Below, piece after piece: positions 14,740 to 27,360 of a stretch of DNA of 64,000 nucleotides. Made by a program: the position numbers and the translations under genes. This DNA comes from the human T2T-CHM13v2.0 reference genome, Homo sapiens. Where the stretch lies: assembly GCF_009914755.1 (NCBI RefSeq), contig NC_060925.1. One strand, written 5' to 3'. Below the pieces are notes generated by a model, which saw only the letters and a program-made list of their open reading frames with translations, had not been told where the DNA came from and did no database searches. The first letter of the stretch is position 1; each line of letters begins with the position of its first letter.

Positions 14740-15120
14740 CCCCACCCCACCATCCTCATCTGGCTGATCCCTGCTCATGCCTCAGACCTTAGCTGAAATA
14801 TCACTTCCCCAAAAAAAGCCCCCCAGCACTAGATTGGGTGACTCATTCACTCATTCACTGAGTCATCCATTCAACAAGTGATTACTGACCCCCTAGTATG
14901 AGTCACATTCGACTTATCACTCTCTCTTTTCAACGTTGCAATTAAATAATCACACACACAATACTGATTTACTGTCTGTCACCCTCCCTAAACTGTCAGT
15001 TCCAAAAGGACAGAGATTGTATCTGATTTGTCATTTCATTCCCAGCGCCTGACACAGTACGTGCAACATGGTAGGCATCCTGTCCATACTGGCCGGGTGA
15101 ACGTACAAATGAATGAATTA
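14740..15120 (+). mobile_element. L2 3' end with an internal antisense (CATT)n tail-like segment
   Basis: CCCAGCGCCTGACACAGTACGTGCAACATGGTAGGC...AATGAATGAAT. Confidence 0.75.
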
Positions 15121-15351
15121 AAGCATTTGAAAGCTCCATTCATATTCTAAAATTCCAAAATGCACCCTGCTGTCTACTTTACACAGGGATAATTGATGTT
15201 ACAATCAATATGACTTTTAAATTTAACAAACGAAATTGTTTTATTTATTAATCTACTAGTAAGTGAAAACAATAAGATGTAAGACAACAGGAAGAAAGTT
15301 ACTCTCCCTGAGAGGACAGAACCTGCAGGTGTTATCCTGGGACTGGCAGAA

Positions 15352-15610
15352 GCAGCATAGGGTCATCGCTGAGGGGAGTGTGGATAGAGTCAGGCTATCT
15401 GGGTTAGGGTCTTGACCCCTCCACTGACCAGCTATGTGACTCTGGGCAAGCAACTTAACCTCTCTGTCTTCCAGTTTTCAAATCTGTAAATTGAGAATAA
15501 GAATATCAGCTTCAGATAATTTCATTAACAAGTAAATGGATTACGACACGTGAACTGCTTAGAACAGTGCCTGGCACGTGCTAAGTACTCACTAAATGTC
15601 AGTTGTTTTT
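15352..15610 (+). mobile_element. MIR, near full length
   Basis: AGCTATGTGACTCTGGGCAAGCAACTTAACCTCTCTG...CTTAGAACAGTGCCTGGCAC. Confidence 0.9.
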
Positions 15611-16489
15611 ATTTTCTGGAAGAATGGGAACAAGATGGGTTAAAACCAAGGACTTGGACATACTGTCACTAAATTCACAAACCACTCAGACCAAATCTCC
15701 AAGATTTCCTATTACAAAATGAAGTAATTCAAAGGCAGGTGGCTGGATGGGTTATCTACTCCAACTTCCAGACTTACTGCTTTACCTATAGAGGTGATGA
15801 TGCCTTATCCATCTGAAATTAAGGGCCAGGTCAAACAAACCCTCAAGGTTTCTCCAGGACTGGAGTCTGGGATTTGATTTTATACACCCCACAGTGCCCA
15901 GCACAATGACGAACATGCATTTAAAGCTTAGAAAATGTTCACTGTGTTAATTTACAATGAATACCATTTAAAGCTAAAAAAAAAAAAACCCCTGCATATT
16001 CTAAAGTATATTATCTAGCATATGTGCTAGCCCCAGAAGAATAAAATGCAGAAGTGAACAGGAGTTGCTTCATGGAACTGAAATTAATTATACACAATTA
16101 TCTCTGAGATCTTTAAACAGTAAGTGAACAATGAAAATGTAGATTCAGAATTCTCCTGGTAATGAATAAGATGATGAACATGTTTCCACAGAGGGTGGGA
16201 TCAGGTTGATCTGCTGAAATAACCAGATAGCAGGATAATTTCACTATCTACGTGAAACATTATCCAAGAATCTGTGCGTTACTCGACAATTAAATCAGTT
16301 CAAATGTCTTATCAATGATTTCATAGAACAACCTTCAATGAGTTAACAGGAACCCGTAGATAAAAGACAAGAATAGGGCTACGTCAAGAAGCTCAAAATC
16401 CTCAGCTGCTGATAATGCAAAACCTTGGCCACATTGATGAGCCCAAGACCACCAGATCTCTTTATACTGAGTCATTTTTTAAAGAAAAC

Positions 16490-17540
16490 TTTTATTTTAT
16501 ATGTTAGTTTTCCTTATAAAAATAAGTTGTATTGAGGTATAATTTATATACAGTAAAATGCAACCATTTCAAGTGAACAGTGGGTTTTGACAAATGTATA
16601 TACCCAAGTAACCACTACCCTAATCAAGATATAAAAACTTCCATAATGCCAGAAAGTTCCCTCATCCTTGATAAAAGAAAAACTTCAGCCGAATTAAATT
16701 TAAAGGAGTTTAATTGAGAAATGAATGACTCGCAAATCAGGCAGCCCCCAGAATCACAGCAGGTTCACAAAGACTCCAATGCAGCCATGTGGTGGAAGAA
16801 GATTTACAGACAAAAGAAAGGGAAATGACATAGTACAGAAAACGGAAGTGAGGTACAGAGTGGCGGGATTGGTTACAAGTTGGCATTTGCCTTATTTGAA
16901 CACAGTTTGAACACTTAGCAGTTTATAAATGGTTGAAGTATGGCCACAGGGATTGGCCAAGACCCAGCTATTGTTACAGGCACATACTCCTAAATCTTGT
17001 CTACCTATTAAGCTAGGTTGCAATTCATCCACAAGAACTCAAATATAGAAGTACGGAGTCCTTCTCAGGCCATATGCAGTTTGCTTTAACACACTCTTTC
17101 TCGGTTAATCCCTGCTCTTATCTCCCTCTATCCCACCCCAAGGCAACCATAGTTTTGACATTCCCCCTATAGATTAGTTTTGCCTATTCTAGGATTTCAT
17201 GTAAATGGAATTGTACAATATATATATACTTGTTGATATCTGGCTTCTTTCAGTCTAATGCTTTGAAAATCCATGCATGTTTTTGCATGTGTCGGTAGTT
17301 TGTTCCTTTTTATTACTGAATAATATCTATTTGGGTGGACTGCAAGTTGCTTATCCATTCCCCAGTTGATGGGTATTTGGGCTGCTTTTAGTCTTGGACT
17401 GTTTTGAATAAAGCTCTTATGAACATCCACGTACAAGTCTTCCACCAACATATGTGTTCACTTCTCTTGAGTAAATACCTAGGAGTAAAATCACTGGGTC
17501 ATATGCTGTGCATGTTTAACTTTCTAGGAAAATGCCAGAT
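16490..17540 (-). mobile_element. L1MB-type 3' region split by a MER57 LTR
   Basis: TTGAGGTATAATTTATATACAGTAAAATGC start; resumes after the LTR with ATAGATTAGTTTTGCCTATTCTAG...GAGTAAATACCTAGGAGT. Confidence 0.85.
16669..17091 (-). mobile_element. MER57-family solo LTR (ERV1)
   Basis: TG...CA ends; reverse complement begins TGTTAAAGCAAACTGCATATGGCCTGAGAAGGACTCCGTACTTCTATATTTGAG, matching recalled MER57A/B. Confidence 0.82.
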
Positions 17541-19879
17541 TTATCCTGAATAACAGAAATGATCAACTGATTTACTATTAAAGGACTTACTGGATTTTAT
17601 AAGGAAAAGAGGAAACGAGACGAAAGAAAATGTAGTGCATCTGAAAGCACATGGGGGCTGCTTTGCTGAAGGGGCTGGCAGGCGGCTTCCCAGGCAGGGT
17701 CTGCTCAGGACTGCTCTAGCCAGATGCCTCCCCTGGTGTTTACTTCACCCACAGGAAAATGGCCACCTTCACCCCACCTTCAGTGGACGTGCAGCCCCTT
17801 CGGTGCTCCTCTCTTCATCTGCCTTCAGAGGTAGTCCTGATTAACCTGTTGCCAGCAGAATTTTCTAGGAGAGACAGGACTTGGGGGTACCACTAGGCCC
17901 CGGGGACATGCACTCAGCTGGCCCAGGCACCGATAACCTAGCATGTCCTTTTAGAATTTGGGGGATCCCGGCACCCACTGTTCTCAGCTTTGGGCCTCAG
18001 CTAAGGCCAGGACAAGCATCATTTAATGTCATGTCATATAATTAGTATGGAAACTACAAAAACCTATATGTTTACAAAACAACCACTGATCTACATTATT
18101 TCAGAGGTAATGATACTTTTACATGAGATAACTTCCCAAGACACTAAGCTGAAATTAGATAAATTTAGGTTTTCTGTATTCTCGCTGACTTGTGTTTTTC
18201 ACACTGGCTTTATCTTGGTTTCTGAGGGAGAATCAATTCTCTTTAACTCTCTTCCAGAATACCTCACTACCTTCAGAAAGGAAGAAGGAGGGAAAAAAGG
18301 ACAGAGGGAAGGAGGAGGATTAGAATTCCTCATATCAGAGAATCCCAGAGCTTTGAAGCTTTAAAGTGAATTCAAGAGTGGGATTCAAGAGACCAAACCA
18401 TGGGGTCTAGGGGAAATAAGGAACCCCTCTCCCAGAAGGTGGAGAAGCTTCTCAAAGCAACTGGCCCAGGCAGCCTTGTACTTGCTTCATTCTGGGGTCA
18501 GGAAGAAGCTGCAGGCCCTCCTTCCCACCCTCGCTTCCCTTCTCCTCCACACTGTCAACTCTGCTCCAGGAAGGGGCAGTATCCCCAGTGTCTGCTGGGC
18601 CAGCACAGCCATCTCTCACCCACCTGAGTTCATAATGACTCCTGTGTAGAGCAGACTTCCCTTGGCTTCACTGAAACCATTCCTTCTTGTCTTAGAAAGC
18701 AATCAGAAATATAGTTAACTGCCTTAAAGTTCCCTTATCATTGAAATGAACTAGATCACAGAAGTGCCTATTTGCATTTTTTATTCTTATTCACTGGGTT
18801 TTTAAAAGGAGCCAAGAGAGGGGAGAGGAAATGCATTTACTTGCTGGGATTTCACTTGGGATGTTCATGTTCGTCTGGAAAGCAAAATAAAGGCATGAAG
18901 ATTGCCCACTGATTTCCTTTCATTTGGAGAATTCTGCTTGAGTTAGGCTTAGCTGGCTAGCACATAAACCTGTCAAGAGAAAAGTCTTCCTCTTCCTGGG
19001 CCTGGTATGTCTACCACCTGGGGCTTCAGAGACAGTATTCTAGGAGATTCACAGTGTCTAAGGTTCGAAATGTGGACTTCAGCAGCAGGGCAGCTGCCAA
19101 ACGCTTTCCTGCCCTTGCAGAAAGCCACCACCAAACTCACCACCACCTCCCTCACCGTGGCCTCTCTGTTTCAGTATCTGAGCAGCGGGTGAGGAGGACT
19201 GGATTCTAGAAGATAAAGAGAGACTCCACGGTACAGAAAGTAAGCCCTCAATAGGATTCTATTAGAAAACAGCTGGAAGGAACTGTGGAGTCACTCAGTC
19301 CCATGGCTGATTTTACAGACAATAAGCAAACAAACAAACAGAGGCCCTGAGGGATTTAGTTAGCGGTCTCCAAGTGCCAGTCCCTGAGGAAAGGATTCTC
19401 CTCCCCAGCTACCTTTCCCTTCTCCAGTGTGTCCACCTCAGGAAAAGGGCTTGCATCCTCCCAGCTGCTCACACACAACTTGGGCTGGCCTTGGTGCTGG
19501 CTCTGTCCTTTCTCCCACCAGATCTGCCTTCCGCCCTCGCCACTTGTCTCTGCCCAGGGCTCACTTGGAAGGACCACATCAATGAACAACCTTGGCAGGT
19601 CACAGGGAGGGATGGAGCGGGGGAGAGAACAGCAAATAGGCTTCTGCCCTGCAAGAGAGGGAGAGCCAGAATACCAGCCTGGCTTGGGCTGCTCCCGAAG
19701 GTCCTGGCTGCTGCCTGCAATGCAGCGCCTTCCTTCAGGGCTCCAGCACCATCCCCTGTCCTCAGCCTTTAAGGCTCTACTGCTCTCAGCCCCAGCCCTG
19801 CCCTTGAGGCTCCCCTGTACCCTGTCTTTGTAGATGGTGCCTGGGAACTGTCCCGCTTGGAGAGTGCTGTTTGCTAGGA

Positions 19880-20540
19880 TACACACTGACTCCCATGGCT
19901 CCCCTCCAGCTCCCCATCCATCCTGCTCCTGGCCACGGCCTCTGGCCTGAAGGGCTGCAAAACAGCCTTCCAACTGGGTTCCTGGCTTCCCTTCTGGCCC
20001 CTCTTCATCTGCTGTCCCCAGCAGCATACAGAGCTATCCCATGAAATATAAGTCAGACCATGTCATGCCCTGGCTTAAAACCTCTCAATGGTTTCCTCTG
20101 GCATCTCCAGTAAAAATCAGAACTCCTTGCTGACTTTTGAGAGCTGCTCTAGACAGGGCTGCTCTCTGCAGCCTCCTCTTGTGCCCCGAGCTTCAGGACA
20201 CTCCAGCAGCTGTGGGGCCTCCTTTCCCTTACTCATGACCCCAGGCTCTGCCCTGTCTCTGGGCCTCACACATGCTGTCCCTGTGCCTGGCAGGTGCCCC
20301 GTCACTGGTACAGGCTGTCCCCACCCCTCTAGGAGAGCCTTGCCTTAGCAGGGTACATGCCCTGCACCTTCTTCTCTCCACGAATTTTTATTCTCTATCC
20401 CTGGACTGTGCTCATTTCTTTCCAAACACCTAACAAATTTGTAATTATGTGATTTTTTGTTTACTTTTTAAATGACTCTCTCCCCCACCGGGATGCAAGT
20501 TCCACATGGGTACGAACTAGGTCTGTCTTGTTCTCCACCT
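19880..20540 (+). mobile_element. L2 remnant
   Basis: AAATATAAGTCAGACCATGTCATGCCCTGGCTTAAAACCTCTCAATGG is a typical L2 block. Confidence 0.8.
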
Positions 20541-20889
20541 GACATACAACAGCTACTCTAGTCACATCTACAAAACAGCAACTGGGTTTGGGTTCCTATA
20601 AAGTGGACAACTCTCCTTTCTGGGGAAGGATTGCTTCATAATCTGAGATTATGTTCCTTCTACTTTGTTGGGGAGAGTGTTAAGTTTTTTTTTTTTTTCT
20701 TTTATGAAAGGATAGTAAGAATAAGGGGTATTCATCAAAAATTTTTAAATGATAACCTGATATAATTCTCCAAAATGTTTTTAAAATTTTTGAGTCTATG
20801 ATATCCCAGATTAAGCAATGTTTTGGGAGTCACAGTGTTGGGTCCTAGAGAGGCAAAGAGATAGGTGAAGATAGTGACAGAGAAGAGAC

Positions 20890-21168
20890 CGGCTTTGCAG
20901 TCAGACTGCAGGGCCTGGGTTCAAGTCCCAACTCTGCTGCTTGGTAGCTGTCAAACTCTGAGCGAGTTGCTTAAACTCTCTGTGCCTTAGTTTCCTCATC
21001 TGTAAAATAAAGATAATAATAGAACCTGTTTCAGAGGACTTTATAAGAATTAAGTGAATTAATACTTGTAAAGTTAATAAAACAGTGCCTGGCCTATAGA
21101 CAATGCTTGACAAACATTACTGCTATCATTATTATCTATTATTATTATTATTGCTATTGTTATTATTA
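20890..21168 (+). mobile_element. MIR with (TTA)n tail
   Basis: CCTGGGTTCAAGTCCCAACTCTGC...CCTTAGTTTCCTCATCTGTAAAAT...ACAGTGCCTGGC. Confidence 0.92.
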
Positions 21169-23224
21169 CTAAACCCAGGTCTCCTAAATCCCCAACCAGG
21201 ACTCTTTTCCCTTTAAAATGTTATCTCCCAGCATTGTCTCTTTAAATGTTATCTGGCCACTCTTAAATGTAAGACTGAAATTCAGCACTTGGAAAACTAT
21301 CCCACTCCAGCCAAGCACATTTTTTGAATAGCTAAACACTAACCCTGATAAAATGTATCCATTTAGGATAGAAATGTTTCTACAATATGTTACATCTTGT
21401 CTACTTTCTAACTGGGTTTTTTGAGATGAGTATCATTACAGAAATTATCTGCTGTGCAGCCTGGAAACAGCAAAAGGAAAACTCAGCACGTTCTACAGAC
21501 GTGGGTTCAAAGCCCTGCTCTGTCCTCCCTCCAAGCCCTAAACCCCTCCTGAGTTTCAGTTTCCTTACTGAAGAAGTGGGAAGGCCATGTGCATTGAGAG
21601 GTTACTGTGGTTTTGAGTCCAGTGAATACACACACTGCTAAATCCTAAAACTCTTCTTTCTTTTTTGGTTAATAATATTAAACTCATCCAGGAGAATACC
21701 TTAATTTAAGACTCCAGGCAGAATTCTCCTTTCCCCAAGCTCTGCCAACACCCAAACCCCTCCCCAGAAGACAGCCTGGTTCACACAACAGAGGAACAGA
21801 CCCCTCACGACTCTGCAGGGGGAATTCCTTTCTGGGAGAGAACACATGTCCAATAGGGCCAGTCCCCACTCAGGCTGCTGCTGTCACTCAGCCAGAAGGC
21901 AGGACAGGCTTTTGAAGCTGTGATATTTCTGAGTTTGGTTTTGGACAAAAACACCATTCTTCCTCATAGCCTTTCACACCCTGATTCAAGCAATTTTAAC
22001 TGAATTCTATTTCCCTTCAATAGAAGGCTATTTGAAGATACAAAAACCATATTTGTGAATGAATTCTAGGATTGTATTTGCAGAGTCACTCCTGTTGGAT
22101 TTCGTGCTCTATACCAAGTGTATTTCTACCTCTGGGCCTCAGAACCATTTCTCACACCCCCCAACAATATCTCATGCCCTCATATCCCAAATATGCAATT
22201 ACCTATCAGTTGTGAAAGGTAAAAATAAAATTCATATGGGTTTCATAGGTCAATGGTTCATGTTAAAGGAGACCCATATTAAATAATATTATTAAGTAGA
22301 TATTTATAAGGCTAAGAATAAAAGGTGGGGAAATGGGTGGGATTCATCTTATCTTTCTAATGTTCATTACCTAGAACCTGGAAACCAAATCAATGAATTT
22401 TCTGACTACAGACTCAACAAATATCATTTGTTTTTAATGATAATCAGATAATTTAAATCAGATAATCTAAATCAGGTAATTTAGAAATATCTGATTTCTA
22501 AACTAGTCCTGGACTACACTTACAAAGAAACAGCACTGCTATAGAGAAAGGATGAAGACATAAATTGGAGACAGGAAACAGGACCAGATTCAGAACACTA
22601 TTCCTGCATATGAGATTTAAAGAAATATACATACATAATTTTACAACTCCTACAAAGCCTAATTTTATTTGTAAAATATACCAGGGTATCTTAGCAAGTT
22701 TCTTTGGAACCACGCAACTAAGAGTGCTTTTTAATTAATTGCACATCTAGCAATCCACAAATACGAATTAAGCACCATGAGTTGGCACTGAGGAGAATTT
22801 AGGTCTGTTCTCCCACAGAGCAAGCAATTTGCGAAACTTTGCTCTAAAACACATAAAAACCCTGGCCTTAGCTACCAATTTTAAGGATGTTCTATTCTGC
22901 AAGGGTTCATCTTCATTCTCTCCAAAAGGATATGAGGGTCCTGCTGTATTTCAATGGAACCAGACCCCCAAGGCTCAGAAATCAATCATTTCACAAGAAA
23001 AAAAGGGTAAGATTATATCTAAACATTTCATTAGCATAAATCTGAATGTGTGATATTTGGTCATTTTGTCTTAGTTTACAACCACCTTTGCAAGTGATAA
23101 AATATAGATTGATGGTGGGGAGAGGGTAGGAGAAGAAAACACCACACTCACATCACGGGATCTAAATTCCACCAGCAGGGGTGGGAGCTGAACTGGCCTA
23201 ACCTGAATGTATGTACAAAAGAAT

Positions 23225-23478
23225 TCCTTCCTTCCTCTCTCCCTCCCTTCCCTCCTCCCTCCTCCTCCCTCTCTTTCTAACTCCCTCCCTTCCTTCCTCT
23301 CCTTCCCCCCTCCCTCCCTCTCTTCCTCCCTCCTCCTCCCTCTCTTCCTAACTCCCTACCTTTCTTCCTCCCCTTCCCTCTCTTCTTCCCTCCCTTCCTT
23401 CCTCCCCATCTCCTGCCCTCTCTTCTTCCCTCCCTCCCTCCCTCCCCTCCTTCCTTTTTTTTCCTACCTTTCCTTTCC
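23225..23478. repeat. About 250 bp polypyrimidine/polypurine tract (CCTT, CCCT, CCT units)
   Basis: Almost only C and T on the plus strand. Confidence 0.95.
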
Positions 23479-24459
23479 ATCAACAAGCCCAGGTGATGGC
23501 AGGGATACCGCATACTCCACTTGTCTCTTCCACGGCTGGGGATGGCTCTATCAGCACTTGCCCCATTTTTAGGTTTTACTTCCCAGGTCATCCCAGATTT
23601 ATAATCCATGCATAATGCAGGCACCTAAGCACTTCTGGGCCCCTACTAGAAATCCAGAGGCGAACAAGGCCCAGTGCCTGCCTGTTCTCAAGTCTCCATG
23701 CAATGGGCACCCTAGCGGAAAGAACACACTCTGAGATTAATCTGGCATTGCAGGGGACTTGCAGGACCTGTTCCAGGTGCCTGACATTATCTATCTAGAA
23801 GAGGTCTCCCTTTCAGCACAGTTATTGCCTACATGAAGGTGGCCTCTCTCAACTGCACAGGATGTGCCATTCGCCAAGGAATACTAGGCATCCCTCCATC
23901 GTCCAGACAGATCTCAAGTGAGATGCTCAATCCCTATAAGGGTTGGTTTCCCCTCAGTGGATTACAACACTCAGATCCCAACTTTCCACTGCACAGGATA
24001 CCTTGCAGCCATTTGGTTTTGAATGACCTTCTCTTCCCCTCTTCCTGAAAATATAAGTTTCCTTATTGAAGCCAATTAAAGCCAATTCTGCTTTAACATA
24101 TTCTGGAGCACTTCACAGCATGCTTTAAATTAAGCAGGAACACCCTGGTCTAGTGGTACTGCCTCCAAGGCAGTCCTCCCTTCATCTCCCTGCCTCCAGC
24201 CAATACCCTGCTTCTCTGTCTCCTCAGTCCACCTCTGCCTGCTCTGTCCCTGGTTTCCTCCACCTAGAAAAGTGCATCCAACTGATTTTAAGTACCTCTG
24301 ACTTAGGGGTACCACACTGTGAAACCTCTGCTTCTATTTCCTCTTCTATACCTTGCATTGCAAGAAAATCTAGGCTTTTTATTCATTTTTTAGAAAAATT
24401 AGGGAAGTCACAGCCTAGGTAGTTACTAGAAGAAACAGGCAAGGCCAAGAAAAATAGCC

Positions 24460-24970
24460 AACTCACATAGAGCTCTTCTTAGGTGCCTAGCATGGTCTTA
24501 AGTGCTTTATAGATACTGACCATTAAACCTCACCACAGTCCTATGATGTAGATATTATTAGTGTGCCCATTTTACAGATCATGAGCATGAAGCCCAAAGA
24601 GGCTAATTAGCTTGCCTGGGATCATCCTCTCTTTTTTCTTTTTTCTGAGATGGGTCTCACTCTGTTGCTCAAGCTGGAGTGTAGTGGCGTGATCATAGCC
24701 CACTGTAGCCTTCACCTCTCAGTCTCAAGCGATCCTCCTACCTCAGCCTCTTGAGTAGCTGGGACCATAGGCATGCCACCATGCCCAAGTAGAGATGGGG
24801 GTCTCCCTATGTTGCCCAGGCTGGTCCCGAACTCCTAGGCTCAAGCAATGCCCCCACCTCAGCCTCCCGAAGTGCTGGGAGATTACAGGAGTGAGCCACC
24901 ATGCCTGGCCCATCCTCTTAATAAATGGTAGGGCTGAGATTTGAACCTAGGGGCCTGACTCAGGAGTGAG
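24460..24970 (-). mobile_element. MIR split by an AluJ
   Basis: CCCATTTTACAGAT...GCTTGCCTGGGATCA before the Alu; TAAATGGTAGGGCTGAGATTTGAACCTAGG after it. Confidence 0.8.
24631..24910 (-). mobile_element. AluJ lacking the central A-rich linker
   Basis: J-type GATCATAGCCCACTGTAGCC and CTATGTTGCCCAGG; TSD CATCCTCT at 24623-24630 and 24911-24918. Confidence 0.93.
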
Positions 24971-27179
24971 TACTGCTTACCAGGAAGGGAATGTGGTCAG
25001 CATGACAACAAAGGCATCTCTGTCCTCCTTAAATGCAGCACCAACTCTGTAAACACACAGCAGGAGCTCTAGATACACCACGTTTGTACACATTTACTGA
25101 GTCTACATTTCCATGTCACCTTCAGGAAGAGTGGATTGGCTTGGGTGAGGAGAAGGAAGAAGAGCGGAGACTTCCGCCCTTGAGAGATTCTATTTTAATT
25201 TTTAAGAAAACACTGAACAGACCAAGCCCTGGATTTCAAGATCAGTTTTCGAGGTCTCCAGACATGAGGCAGTCATCTGAAAAGGAAGACATGACAGAGG
25301 AGTCTGACCTCTGTGTGGCCTCCTTGCTCTCCCTGCACTGCCTTCAGATCTCCCAGTGAATAGGAAAGGAGGGGAGACCTGCATCTGTGGGGCGAGCATC
25401 CCCTAATCCTGATAGGCTTCAAAAGGTTGCGAAAGGGGCCACATTCTCTAGTACTAAGACAATGGCATTAAATCTAAATTTCTTGATAACCAAACTAAGG
25501 CATAAAGGCCAGTTAACTATGTCTAGTTCTAATATAACACTCTGGAACATGCCCTGTGTTATCTTAGCCTAGCTTCCTAGAAATACTGAATCGCAATATT
25601 CCACAATGCAAGTTCCTCCCACTAAAGGCCTCTTTGGAGAAAGGAGTTGGCTGTGACAAAGGCTGTAGTATATAGAGGATGATCGTTATGGTGGTGATGA
25701 CAACAGTGCTGATAGATTAGACAATAGCAACAATGACCATGAGGGCAACGAAGACCATGAGTTGTGCAACATCTAATACAGGTCAGGGGTGAATACTTTT
25801 GTGCTGACTGCTTTTCAAGCATTATTATGTTATATCTTCACAACAATGATGAGAGGTGGGTATCAGCACAATGCCCCCTTTGAAGATGAGGAGGAGTTAG
25901 ATGAGAAAGGCCAAGTCTCTGGGGCAAGTTGCCATAATTTGGGTCATAACATGAACCCAGGCCAATCTGACTCCAAAATTTCACATTCTTATCCACTGCT
26001 CATCTCTCTCTTCCTATTAGAAAACCTTATTATAGAAAGTTCTAAAAACGATATGCTGATTAGTCAAATTTTCTGGTAAATACATAGTAATCAGTTCCAA
26101 ATACTCAATTGAAAAAAATTGCCAAAATGTTCATGGTCCCCAGTCCTGCCTTAGTAAATATAGCACACTAAATATAAATCTAGTTCTACTTTATTAATAG
26201 ACACATGATGGACTATCTCCCAGCTATTTGCCAGAACAATCTGTTCTTATTGTAGAGTATTTCAGATGTAGGTACAGCATTGAGAAGGACCATACACTCA
26301 GCCCAGGGCATGCTCTGAAACTACGGTATTAAACATTAAAATCTTTTTAAAAATGTGTTTTATTATTTGCCTTTTTCTTACAAAACTTCAGTCCAAATTA
26401 TTTGGGTTGATAAGTAGAAGTTTCACTGTAGTAAACTGTACCAATGGCTGCCTGTGGTATGTCCAGAGTGTAAGAGAGTTGATGAGAAACAACAAAAGAA
26501 ACAAACAAAAACTTGAAAATATAACAAAACTTGGCATAAAAATTAAAATGACCAGCCCCCTGATCCTAAGGAAAGTCCATTTTCTCATAGGGGCAGTCAG
26601 TATATTTTTATCTTGTGGCTTAATGTTTTTGTAGACACATTAAATCATAAAAATCCAAGAAACCATATCTCACTCCCAAACCACACAATGTATTTTAAGG
26701 AATATGTCCCTTTTCTAAGAAACTGCTTGATTTTCAGGAAGTGGTAAAGTGGCAGGTGTGTTCCCATGATCAGCCAGAGAAACCAAATAAACGTTCCACT
26801 GGGCAAACCTGTTTCTCACAGATAAACAGCTGCGAGCTGCACGCGGGAGGGAAAAGGATCGTAAAGACTGCCCCTATGTCTGCCTGACACTTTCTGGTTT
26901 TCTGTTTCAATTGAAAAGGAAGATGGCAGCCTACAACTGAGCAGACCCTACTGTGGCCAGGCCAATCCCAGCCCCTGCATGGGACAGGAGTTTCAAAATC
27001 CCAGCACTAGACAGAAGGCTGTGGTCATCTCTCCTCTAGGTAGACCTGGGAAGGGATAATTAAACTAGGAGTTGCAGGAGAAGCAGATTTCCCATGAAAA
27101 AGACATCATCACACAATTAATAGCTAGGCTTGATAGGAAGGGGAAGGAATGTCCCTTTTTACTTACTTCCAAGGCAGCC

Positions 27180-27360
27180 TCCACCTTGCTTCTCATACCA
27201 CCCATCACATTGGAAACAATCACCAGTCTGTATCCTCAGCAGACTGTGAGCTCCTGGAAGTCCCCTGGGCACATAACAAGCACTCAATCAATGAGAATTA
27301 TTGTTATTACAGTGTGTGTTCAAGAAATATCTGTTGAGTGAGTGGAACAGAGGAAGGAAT
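27180..27360 (+). mobile_element. L2 3' end remnant
   Basis: AGACTGTGAGCTCCTGGAAG...GGCACATAACAAGCACTCAAT...AAATATCTGTTGAGTGA. Confidence 0.65.

Noticed and set aside
19356-20027. 223-aa minus-strand ORF, the longest in the track
   Set aside because: No recognisable domain; its start lies in an L2 remnant; overlapping ORFs in several frames indicate GC-rich chance openness.
23207-23624. Pro/Ser/Leu-rich and Gly/Arg/Glu-rich ORFs
   Set aside because: Translations of the polypyrimidine tract.
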